Origin: Candidatus Falkowbacteria bacterium CG10_big_fil_rev_8_21_14_0_10_44_15
Lineage (GTDB): Bacteria > Patescibacteriota > Patescibacteriia > Patescibacteriales > XYC2-FULL-47-12
Length of the DNA: 50,738 nt
Assembly: GCA_002773575.1 (NCBI GenBank)
Contig: PFAT01000021.1
Location: 1 to 50,738 of the forward strand
Direction: 5' to 3'
In this document: positions 42,757 to 50,738 of the stretch, piece after piece
Layout: the number at the start of each line of letters is the position of its first letter
Numbering within the stretch: position 1 is the first letter of the stretch
Notes under the pieces: generated by a model
What the model saw: only the letters and a program-made list of their open reading frames with translations
Database searches by the model: none
Told to the model about the DNA's origin: nothing
Program-made: the position numbers and the translations under genes

Positions 42757-44595
42757 ATGAAAAAAATACAGACATTTTTTAATTATTTTAAAGTCGCTGT
42801 AAATAACCATAAATTAGCCTTAGCCGGCGCATTGATTGTAGGAATAATTTATATTGCTCCCCACATTTTTTTTATTTTGTCTTTAGGAGATGATTATCAA
42901 GGTATTCCTGTAATGAATACAGCCAATGAAGATTTTTATATAGCCAGAATGCAGGAGATTATAGACGGGCATCCATTTCTTGGCTCCCCGGTTTTTTATG
43001 AAGGTAAAGATCAATGGCCGTTGACGCCTCCAGTTGGAGAAATGTTTTATGTTTTGCCGAGTCTGATATTTAATATACCCTTAATAGGAATAGTAATTGC
43101 CAGCAGGTTTGTTTTTTCATTTATTATATTTATATTAGTTTATTTTTTGATTAATAAGCTAACTTTCAATAGTAGGTTAATATCAAATAAAATAAATGCC
43201 ATTGCCGGCGCTTTGTTGGTAACGCTGGGATATGATTTAGTGGATTATCACACTCTCTGGCTATTTTTAACCGGAAAAATTAATAGCGGATATTTTTTAA
43301 TTTGGTCGCGGCCGGTTAATCCAGTAATTGGAGCAGTGTTGTTATTTGCCTTTTTATTGTCTCTTTGGTCTATTATTCAACAAAAAAAATACAAAAAAAC
43401 ATTAATAGCAGTTGCGGGCGCGCTCTTAGCGTTAATGATCGGAAATTATTTCTTTAGTTGGGGAATAGCTTTATCTGTTTTAGGGACGTTATTCATTATT
43501 TATGTGATAGAAAAAAAATATACTATCAGCAAAAGTTTACTGGCCATTGTAGCTATAGCTATTACCCTAACATCTCCTCACTGGTATTTTTCCTGGCAGT
43601 TAAGTACAAATCCTTGGTATGACGATGCGGTAATGCGCAATGGCTTATTTTATACTCATTACCCATTATTAAATAAATTACTACTGGCAACTCTAATGTT
43701 TTATGCTGTTACGCTAATTGTTTTATATTGGCACAGAAAAACTTGGCCTTTATGGAAAGAGCGGGTAATTAATACAGCTCATAATACAAAACTGCAAGAC
43801 TGGCATTTATTCTGTGTAGCTTTACTCTTAGGCGGCTTTTGGGCTCTAAACCAGCAGGTGGTTACTGGCGTGACAATTTGGCCGTTCCATTTTGTCCAAT
43901 ATACCATTCCTATAGTCATGATAACGGTTTGTGTATTATTCTACAACCTGATCAAAGCGAGATGGAAGAGCGTCTGGGTGTTGATGGTAATAATAGTAAT
44001 TTGCTCGTCTTTAACTTTTGGTATTTTTACCCAAGTAAAAGGATATAAAGGCACATTTGACTATTATGCCAGTTTGCAATCCTACGGGGGAGTTTTTGCC
44101 TGGCTGAACAATCAAAAAAAAGACTGTGTTGTTTTAACATTAGATGAATCCAATGGGGCATATGATCTTAATGGCTTAATTCCTGCTTTTACCCACTGTA
44201 ATATATACTCTGCAAATTGGGTAGCACGACCTGATAGAGCTTATGATAGTTATTTGACATTATTGCGTTTTAAGGGAGTTACGGAGGGGGATATTGGTGA
44301 ATATTTGCAGCAACACAGGCGTGAAGCATTAGCGTATCTTTTTTCCAATTGGAAAAGTTTATTTGGTATACAGCAATTTCCTGATGTTTCCGACCCGAAG
44401 TTAGAAGAAAAAATAAAAACAATACCTCATGATTATCAACAATTCATGAGGCAGGATTTCAGTGAAGCATTAAATAAATATCGTTTAGATTATATTGTGT
44501 CACTTGAGCCGCTTAAGGAGCAAGTTATAAAGCAGCTATCCGGAACGAATTTGATAAATGAAATCAATGGCGTATTTATATATTCTTTCCGTTAG
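42757..44595 (+). CDS. Uncharacterised polytopic membrane protein, paralogue of 38502-40307
   Basis: 612 aa. The first loop NEDFYIARMQEIIDGHPFLGSPVFY aligns with GDSYFYYARLKEIFDGHPFIGNPFY. The TM layout and C-terminal soluble domain are similar. Confidence 0.7.
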   Translation: MKKIQTFFNYFKVAVNNHKLALAGALIVGIIYIAPHIFFILSLGDDYQGIPVMNTANEDFYIARMQEIIDGHPFLGSPVFYEGKDQWPLTPPVGEMFYVLPSLIFNIPLIGIVIASRFVFSFIIFILVYFLINKLTFNSRLISNKINAIAGALLVTLGYDLVDYHTLWLFLTGKINSGYFLIWSRPVNPVIGAVLLFAFLLSLWSIIQQKKYKKTLIAVAGALLALMIGNYFFSWGIALSVLGTLFIIYVIEKKYTISKSLLAIVAIAITLTSPHWYFSWQLSTNPWYDDAVMRNGLFYTHYPLLNKLLLATLMFYAVTLIVLYWHRKTWPLWKERVINTAHNTKLQDWHLFCVALLLGGFWALNQQVVTGVTIWPFHFVQYTIPIVMITVCVLFYNLIKARWKSVWVLMVIIVICSSLTFGIFTQVKGYKGTFDYYASLQSYGGVFAWLNNQKKDCVVLTLDESNGAYDLNGLIPAFTHCNIYSANWVARPDRAYDSYLTLLRFKGVTEGDIGEYLQQHRREALAYLFSNWKSLFGIQQFPDVSDPKLEEKIKTIPHDYQQFMRQDFSEALNKYRLDYIVSLEPLKEQVIKQLSGTNLINEINGVFIYSFR

Positions 44596-44624
44596 ATGAA
44601 GTAAAAATAATTAAAACACGAACA

Positions 44625-45227
44625 ATGATTAAGAAAATGGAGAGACAACATTTAGAAGAGTGCGCTATGCTGCATTATAGTTCTATTGAGAATTCTTTTT
44701 TATGCGACATCGGCATTTTTTTTATTAAAAAAATATATGAGGGTTTAATAGAATCAGAAGATTGTGCCGGATATATCTATTTGGATAACTCAGAAATCGT
44801 TGGGTTTATAACCGGCAGTAAGGATATGGGCAAGTTTATTAACCATATTATTCTCAAGAATTTTTTAGTTTTTACCGTTTATGTTGGTTTCAAAATTTTT
44901 ATCAAGCCGTATTTAATGAAAAATGTTTTTGAAGCTCTGTTTTCTTCTAAAAAAAGAGGTATTGATAACACAACAGCAGAATTAGTATCAATAGCAGTTA
45001 AGAGCAATCAAAGGGGGAATGGTATAGGTAAAAAATTATTCAATGAGTTGGTTGTATTTTTTAAAGAAAATAATATATCAAAGTTTAAAGTTATGGTGGG
45101 CAAAGATAATATCGGCGCTAATAAATTCTACGAATCTTTAGGGTTTAATTTTAACTTCACTGCTAATTTATACGGCCAAGACATGAATATTTATACATAT
45201 ATATGTACAGCGAAAAAAGAAGAGTAG
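44625..45227 (+). CDS. GNAT-family N-acetyltransferase
   Basis: The acetyl-CoA motif A is VSIAVKSNQRGNGIGKKLF. YESLGFNF lies near the C-terminus. Confidence 0.7.
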   Translation: MIKKMERQHLEECAMLHYSSIENSFLCDIGIFFIKKIYEGLIESEDCAGYIYLDNSEIVGFITGSKDMGKFINHIILKNFLVFTVYVGFKIFIKPYLMKNVFEALFSSKKRGIDNTTAELVSIAVKSNQRGNGIGKKLFNELVVFFKENNISKFKVMVGKDNIGANKFYESLGFNFNFTANLYGQDMNIYTYICTAKKEE

Positions 45228-45337
45228 TTTTACTTAAACAGAGAGATAGGTATTGATTTTTTTAATCGTATAGATCGCAAATATGCTTGCGTGGCAAAGA
45301 ATTAATACTAGGATTTTAAAAAATTTCATATTCTGTT

Positions 45338-45433
45338 ATGAATAATCAAAAAATACCCTGGTATGTTCCAAAAATGGGTAAAGACGTACAGTTACATACC
45401 GATATTAACGGGGTGTATATTTATCAATTTTAA
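45338..45433 (+). pseudogene. 5' stub of a DegT-type aminotransferase gene (31 codons)
   Basis: MNNQKIPWYVPKMGKDVQLH... parallels the N-terminus MAKKIIPWYQPQTGSLE of the intact gene that starts 24 nt downstream. Confidence 0.4.
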
Positions 45434-45456
45434 TAATGCAATAACATTTTTTTTAT

Positions 45457-46551
45457 ATGGCAAAAAAAATAATTCCTTGGTATCAGCCGCAGACTGGCAG
45501 CTTGGAACGTAAATTAATCAGCCAAGTTTTAAAAAGCGACTATTTAAATGAAGGGGAATATACAACTCGTTTTGAAAAAGAGACAGCTAAATTAATTGAC
45601 GCCAAGCATGTTATTGCTGTTACCAGCGGAACCATAGCAATATTTTTGTCGTTGAAAGCATTAGGTATTGGCGCCGGCGACGAAGTCATTGTGCCTGATC
45701 TAACATTTATTGCCACTGCCAATGCTGTGGATCTTTGCGGCGCCAAGCCTGTTTTGGTAGATATCAACCCTAATAATTTAACTATTAGCGTTAATGCCAT
45801 TAAAAAAGCTATTACCAAAAAAACCAAAGCAATTATTCCGGTGCATGTTTCCGGACGTGGAGCTGACATGGAAGAGATAATGAAATTGGCCCGTCATTAT
45901 AAGCTAAAGATAGTTGAAGACGTGGCTGAAGCTTTTATGTCTAAGTATAAAGGCAAATATTTGGGGACGTTTGGAGATGCCGGTTGTTTCTCGCTTTCGC
46001 CTTTCAAAGTCATTATGACCGGCCAAGGCGGTTTAATAGCTACAAATAATGATAAGTTGGCTTTATATTTACGACAGCTTAAAGATCAGGGGCGACCAAG
46101 ACAAGGAACTGGCGGAGATGATATTCATCCTGTTAGAGGATATAATTTTAAATTTACCAATCTGCAAGCAGCGATCGGACTAGGTCAGCTTGCTCAACTA
46201 GAGTCTCGTTTAGAAAAAATTAGAAAAACTTATAAGCAATACTCAAATAAACTGATTTCTAAGAACTTTTCTTTATTTGAATTTAATATAGACTCAGGAG
46301 AAGTTCCGTTGTGGGTTGATGGTTGGACTAAAAATAGGAATAAATTATCAGACTATTTGCATGCCAAAAACATTGGTTGCCGTAATTTTTGGTTGCCGTT
46401 GCACCGTCAAAAGCCATATCGTTTAGCTGATAAAAATTTTTCATATAGCATAAAAATGTCGTCTCAGTCTTTATGGCTGCCGTCGGCCTTTACCTCTTCT
46501 AGTAAAGATATAGATTTGGTTTGTCGAGAAATTAATAGTTTTTTTAAGTAA
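45457..46551 (+). CDS. DegT/DnrJ/EryC1/StrS-family PLP-dependent sugar aminotransferase
   Basis: IPWYQP, VTSGTIAIFLSL, EDVAEAF and the catalytic-Lys motif SLSPFKVIMTGQGG. Confidence 0.85.
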   Translation: MAKKIIPWYQPQTGSLERKLISQVLKSDYLNEGEYTTRFEKETAKLIDAKHVIAVTSGTIAIFLSLKALGIGAGDEVIVPDLTFIATANAVDLCGAKPVLVDINPNNLTISVNAIKKAITKKTKAIIPVHVSGRGADMEEIMKLARHYKLKIVEDVAEAFMSKYKGKYLGTFGDAGCFSLSPFKVIMTGQGGLIATNNDKLALYLRQLKDQGRPRQGTGGDDIHPVRGYNFKFTNLQAAIGLGQLAQLESRLEKIRKTYKQYSNKLISKNFSLFEFNIDSGEVPLWVDGWTKNRNKLSDYLHAKNIGCRNFWLPLHRQKPYRLADKNFSYSIKMSSQSLWLPSAFTSSSKDIDLVCREINSFFK

Positions 46552-46582
46552 ATTATAATTTAATAATTTAACTTAAAGTTAT

Positions 46583-46620
46583 AAAAAAATAACCCTATTT
46601 TTATAGGGCTATTTTTTATT
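46583..46620. terminator. Bidirectional rho-independent terminator between convergent genes
   Basis: AAAAAATAA-CCCTAT-TTTT-ATAGGG-CTATTTTTTATT. A 6-bp stem is flanked by an A-run and a T-run. Confidence 0.6.
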
Positions 46621-46629
46621 TTAGTGGTA

Positions 46630-47877
46630 TTATTTTTTGATAATTTTTGGTTGTGGCAGGGGTATAATAAATTTACCATGGTAACCAAGTTCTCTTATTT
46701 TTTTCATCAATTCGTCGCCAATGTGCCAGGAAAGTATCAGAGCGTATTCCGGCTGGTCCTCCAATAGTTTTTTTTCATCAACCACCGGAATATGCGTCCC
46801 CGGAGTGAACAGTCCGATTTTCGGCGAGCCGGCTTTTTCGCAGGCATAGTCTATCAGTTGGTTGTCTATATGAACAAAACCCAGCAAAGTATTAGAGCGC
46901 GCCGGACTGCCAATGGCGACAACGCGCGCGTTTTCTTTTTTGCAGCTAATCAATAAAGCCATGAGGCTATTTTTAGCATCAATCATTTTGTCCGTGAATT
47001 GTTTTAGTTTCTCACTGTCGTAAAGACCGCTTGCTTCTTCAGCCGCTATAAGTTCGCGGACGCGTTTAGTGGCGGTGTGTTGGCCTTTTTTGGCGTAAAC
47101 GCGTATGGAGCCGCCGGCGGCGTCAATTCTTTCAGCATCAACTATACTAAATCCGGTTAAAGAAAATAATTTTTGCAAAGGTTTCAAGGAATAAAAACGC
47201 AGATGCTCATGATAGATAGTATCAAGCTCAAGATGCTCCATCATATCAAGCAAATACTGCGATTCACTCACAAATATACCGTCTTCATCCAACAAAATTT
47301 CAATACCTTGCATTATTTTTGCCGGATCAGGTATGTGCGCAAAAGCGTTTGTCAGGGTGATAAATTTTGCCGGCCCGTATTTTTTTAGCGTTTCTTTGGC
47401 GATGTTAGCGTTAAAGTACGCTTGGATGGTTTCAATGCCGCTGGCGTTGGCGTCTTGCGCCGCGTTGGTCGGCTCAATTCCCAAAACGCGCAGACTTTTT
47501 GCTTTGAAAGTTTTTAGAAGAGAGCCATCGTTTGAGCCAATGTCTATAATTAAATCATTAGGCTTCAGATTATAATTTTTTTCCAAAGCGTCTGCCAATA
47601 ACTGAAAGTTTCTGATAAGCATATTGGTAAGTCCGGTGCGATAGGGGTAATTGACCGGAAAAACCAGTTTTGGGTCTATAATATAGTCCAGCTGAAGCAA
47701 ACCACAGTTTTGACAGCGGCAGAAATTGAGCGGATAAGTAGTTTCCGGCTCGTTTAGCTGTTTATCAGTTAAATAATTTTGCACTATGGGCTGGTGGCCG
47801 TAGGCAAGCATAGTTTCTAAATTGTTGCTAGAACAGATTTGGCATTGTTGTATAAAGCCATGTTTGTTATTAGACAT
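46630..47877 (-). CDS. NDP-hexose C-methyltransferase-like enzyme (Zn-ribbon + class I MTase + C-methyltransferase C-terminal domain)
   Basis: 415 aa. The N-terminal CQICSS...CRCQNCGLLQL is a 4-Cys ribbon. IIDIGSNDGSLL is motif I. The overall layout resembles TylC3-type sugar C-methyltransferases. Confidence 0.75.
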   Translation of the reverse strand: MSNNKHGFIQQCQICSSNNLETMLAYGHQPIVQNYLTDKQLNEPETTYPLNFCRCQNCGLLQLDYIIDPKLVFPVNYPYRTGLTNMLIRNFQLLADALEKNYNLKPNDLIIDIGSNDGSLLKTFKAKSLRVLGIEPTNAAQDANASGIETIQAYFNANIAKETLKKYGPAKFITLTNAFAHIPDPAKIMQGIEILLDEDGIFVSESQYLLDMMEHLELDTIYHEHLRFYSLKPLQKLFSLTGFSIVDAERIDAAGGSIRVYAKKGQHTATKRVRELIAAEEASGLYDSEKLKQFTDKMIDAKNSLMALLISCKKENARVVAIGSPARSNTLLGFVHIDNQLIDYACEKAGSPKIGLFTPGTHIPVVDEKKLLEDQPEYALILSWHIGDELMKKIRELGYHGKFIIPLPQPKIIKK

Positions 47878-47968
47878 TGTTTTGATAATAATATAGTATA
47901 ATTAAGACATTACTAAGCTAAATACACTTTATTATTTTAATCGTTTATTGTCAATTTATCCGTAAAAT

Positions 47969-49162
47969 ATGAAAATTATTTTTATAACTTCAAAGTTAAA
48001 TTTTTTAACTGCCGGCGGTTCCATATTGGAGTTTGATTTAATGTATCGCACTTTGCTTAAATGGGGATATGACATAAAAGTAGTGACTGTTTTCTCGTAT
48101 GCCAATAAAATGCCCGAGCCGTTGCCTTACAAGGTAGTTGAAGAAAATATAATGTCGCGGCGGCTGTTGGGAATTCAAAAAGGGATTTTTAAAATCTTAA
48201 AAAAGCATGAAAACGATGCGGATGTTTTTCATATTGACGGACATCTTGCTTTATATGGCGCCGGGTTATATCGCTGGTTGGGCGGCAGGGTGCCGGTGGC
48301 GGCATTTTTTAATCGCGAACTTATTTGCTGGCCTGAAAATGTCTCTAAGCTGTTGGAACAAAAACAAGACAACCTATTCGTTACGTTAAAGAAGAAAGCG
48401 CGCTGGTGGACGGAACATTCAGTTGGAATGCCTTTGGCCAGCCAGATTGATTTCATGTCGTTTACCAATCCGGTTTTACAACGAAGGTATGAAGCTTTCG
48501 GCCTACGCACCGACGGAAAAGTGGTTATCGTTGGCGACCCGTTTGACTACCGTACGCTTATGCGCGAAAATGGCATCACTGAGGACAGCTACCGGCGCCG
48601 CAATAAAAGAGCGGGGGTATTGAAGATATTCTATTCCGGACGCATGGCACCGGGCAAAGGCTTTGATTTACTGGTGACGGCATTTTCCCTGATAAAAAAT
48701 AAGGAGAAATTTGAACTTATCCTGGGTGGCGATGGTCCGGAGCGTGCTTTATTGCAAGGAAAAGTTAAAGAACTGGGGATAGCGGAATATGTAAGCTTTC
48801 CGGGATGGGTGGAAAAACAGCAGGTGTTCGATTTTTATAAGCAGGCGGATATTTTTGTACAGGCCCGTTGGCGTACGGAAATGACCTCCATTACTCTATT
48901 AGAAGCCATGAGCTTTGGCATTCCAAGCATTCTGCCCGGCGGTGGCGGGCTTGAATGGGATGCACAGGGCGCTGCGCTGTATTTTAAAGATGAGGATTGC
49001 GCTGATTTAGCGCGCAAAATTGAACAGCTTGGCAGTGATTATGATTTAAGAAATGAGCTGTCGCGGCAGTGTTATGTCCGTTTAGGCGAGGATGAGATGA
49101 ATTATGAAAAAAAGATTAGGGAGTTGGCTACGGGGTTGGAGTACATAATTGGTAAAAGATAA
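47969..49162 (+). CDS. GT4-family glycosyltransferase
   Basis: SGRMAPGKGFDLL, ILGGDGPE, WRTEMTSITLLEAMSFGIPSILPGGGG. Confidence 0.8.
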   Translation: MKIIFITSKLNFLTAGGSILEFDLMYRTLLKWGYDIKVVTVFSYANKMPEPLPYKVVEENIMSRRLLGIQKGIFKILKKHENDADVFHIDGHLALYGAGLYRWLGGRVPVAAFFNRELICWPENVSKLLEQKQDNLFVTLKKKARWWTEHSVGMPLASQIDFMSFTNPVLQRRYEAFGLRTDGKVVIVGDPFDYRTLMRENGITEDSYRRRNKRAGVLKIFYSGRMAPGKGFDLLVTAFSLIKNKEKFELILGGDGPERALLQGKVKELGIAEYVSFPGWVEKQQVFDFYKQADIFVQARWRTEMTSITLLEAMSFGIPSILPGGGGLEWDAQGAALYFKDEDCADLARKIEQLGSDYDLRNELSRQCYVRLGEDEMNYEKKIRELATGLEYIIGKR

Positions 49163-49169
49163 TTTGTAC

Positions 49170-49895
49170 TTACTGCCGGTAATTTTTTTCAATAGTTTCT
49201 TTAACCCACTGCGGCACTGCGGCGGCGTTATTCAAGTCGCAGTCGTTTTCTTTTAGCAAATCAAAAATTTCTTCTTGTATTGCGTTGGTTACTTTCAATA
49301 CCGCATCCCAGTAAGTTTTTCCCGCGCCAAGTTTGTCAGCTATTTTTGCATTTAACTCCGCATTTTGTCCTAATGCCGGCCACCGCTTTTTAGCTTGTGC
49401 TAAACGTTCTTGAAAGGGTTTAATATCACTTTCTTCAGTAATTGTGTCAACATAAAATATTAGTTTTTCAGACAAGGACGGTGTATATTCATCAAGCACG
49501 CAACGCGGCGAGAAACTCGGGTCAGTTGCCTGCAGCAAGGTAGGGTCAACTTGAGTTTTTTTAAGCAACTCATTTGCTTGAGTTTTTTCATTATCCGTAA
49601 AATCTCCAGATTTTTTGGGTAATCTTTTGTCCCAATCGTGTATAAGCGCAGTTTTTATTACTTTTGATGTTTCCTCTTCGGACAATTTTATACCGTTGGC
49701 TATTGCTTCAACTGCGGCCGCGGTTACCAAACAGTGCTCGGTTACGTTTATCCAATCTTTTGTCAACTTACCCCCTTTCAGCAACAGCCTCATTGCCGGA
49801 AGATATTTCAAAGTTAGCTTTGTAAAATATTCAGCCTTGGTTATAGCTTCAGAATTGTGATCCTCTGGTGGTATTTTGATGTTTATACTTTCCAT
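49170..49895 (-). CDS. HD-domain-like protein (putative phosphohydrolase)
   Basis: A His...His-Asp pattern is present (NVTEHCLVTAAAV ... ALIHDWDKR). There is no other recognisable motif. Confidence 0.45.
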   Translation of the reverse strand: MESINIKIPPEDHNSEAITKAEYFTKLTLKYLPAMRLLLKGGKLTKDWINVTEHCLVTAAAVEAIANGIKLSEEETSKVIKTALIHDWDKRLPKKSGDFTDNEKTQANELLKKTQVDPTLLQATDPSFSPRCVLDEYTPSLSEKLIFYVDTITEESDIKPFQERLAQAKKRWPALGQNAELNAKIADKLGAGKTYWDAVLKVTNAIQEEIFDLLKENDCDLNNAAAVPQWVKETIEKNYRQ

Positions 49896-49925
49896 AATTA
49901 TAAAATTTAATAAATTAGTTTCTCA

Positions 49926-50738
49926 TTAGTTTCTCAACGCCTTTTTATACCACTCAAAAGTTTTTTTTAAGCCATATGCCAACGAAGTTTCTGGCTCCCA
50001 GTCAACCAGCTTTTTTATTTTGGCAATATCCGCCAAACGGCGTTTGACACTGCCGGCCGGAGAGGGCTGGGCGTCCAGCTGTCGCGGCCGCCAGCCGGTG
50101 ACGGCAAACATTTTTTCCGCCAATTCCCGCATCGTGATTTCGTCGGTCGCGCCGATATGCACGGTTTCAATCGGCTGGTTGTCGGTAGCAGACGCTTCCA
50201 TCAGCAACCGTATAGCTTTAACCGCGTCAGTAATGTAACAGAATGTCCGGGTTTCTTCGGTGCCGGGCAGGGGGAACGGGTCTGTACGCTTGATTATTTT
50301 TTCACATAATCCCGGAATAACATGGCCAAAGCCGGCGCGCGGACCGTAAAAATTATGCGGCCTGACAATGACCGCCGGAAAGTCGTAGGCTTTAGCGTAG
50401 TGGATGACAAAGAGCTCCCCGATCAGTTTTGAGCCGGCGTACGACCAGCGCGGATTGTACGTATCGCTAATCACCAACGGAACAGCTTCCGGCGTAGGAA
50501 TGGGCAACTGCTGGAATGACTCCAGCGCGCCGGCGTACGCTTCGTTGGAGGAAGTGAAACAAAGCTTCGGCTTCTTGGGTAGGCTTTTTATCCACTCCAG
50601 CATCAAAATCAAAGAAAGCGTATTGATACGCAGAACCTCGGCTGGCATCTCATAAAAATTTTTCGTGCCGTTTACGGCCGCTAAGTGATAAACATGGTCA
50701 AAGTCGGTAGCCAGGCTGGCATAGAACGCAGGGTCCGT
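49926..50738 (-). CDS. NAD-dependent nucleotide-sugar epimerase/dehydratase, C-terminal 270 aa (5' end beyond right window edge)
   Basis: The frame stays open to the window edge (...TDPAFYASLATDFDHVYHLAAVNGTKNFYEMPAEV...). Motifs are SSNEAYAG, the catalytic WSYAGSKLIGE (YxxxK) and RPHNFYGPR. Confidence 0.8.
   Translation of the reverse strand, partial: TDPAFYASLATDFDHVYHLAAVNGTKNFYEMPAEVLRINTLSLILMLEWIKSLPKKPKLCFTSSNEAYAGALESFQQLPIPTPEAVPLVISDTYNPRWSYAGSKLIGELFVIHYAKAYDFPAVIVRPHNFYGPRAGFGHVIPGLCEKIIKRTDPFPLPGTEETRTFCYITDAVKAIRLLMEASATDNQPIETVHIGATDEITMRELAEKMFAVTGWRPRQLDAQPSPAGSVKRRLADIAKIKKLVDWEPETSLAYGLKKTFEWYKKALRN

Noticed and set aside
1-50738. Alternative genetic code (UGA as Gly, as in some CPR lineages)
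   Set aside because: TGA is used as a functional stop in ATGA gene overlaps (17170/17173, 18300/18303, 21031/21034). Reading through would not extend conserved domains.

Overview
This 50.7-kb window is almost entirely one tightly packed cell-surface glycan/glycoprotein biosynthesis island. The genome is AT-rich with small genes, and the gene architectures resemble Candidate Phyla Radiation/Patescibacteria (inference only, no search was run). The standard genetic code applies, because TGA terminates genes inside ATGA start/stop overlaps.

Left end (1-13 kb):
- a partial secreted protein
- an HTH regulator with three palindromic operators
- an ECF sigma / anti-sigma-like pair behind tandem sigma70-type and ECF-type promoters
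- a ~145-nt GC-rich structured element
- a 1253-aa signal-peptide-bearing Thr/Ser/Ala/Gly-rich repeat protein (S-layer-like)
- two O-antigen-ligase (Wzy_C)+TPR membrane proteins and a TPR protein

From 13 kb to the right edge:
- 8 GT4 glycosyltransferases, one fused to a GtrA-like domain
- 4 polyprenyl-phosphate-type GT2s
- 2 PMT/ArnT-like GT-C proteins
- 2 paralogous uncharacterised polytopic membrane proteins
- 7 SAM methyltransferases, including one C-methyltransferase
- 5 SDR epimerase/dehydratases (Gmd and a UDP-xylose-synthase-like enzyme among them)
- a short UDP-sugar dehydrogenase, 2 DegT aminotransferases, a GNAT, an AsnB-type amidotransferase, a YdjC-type deacetylase and an HD protein

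No rRNA, tRNA, CRISPR array, transposase or integrase was seen.

The most unusual signal is a family of at least 11 in-frame 7-nt or 8-nt tandem-repeat arrays inside glycan genes, plus one intergenic copy. The arrays are length-neutral relative to paralogues. They are always in the stop-free orientation, and units are mutated exactly where a TAA would fall in frame.

All family assignments rest on motif recognition by eye. No homology search, folding or GC computation was run.
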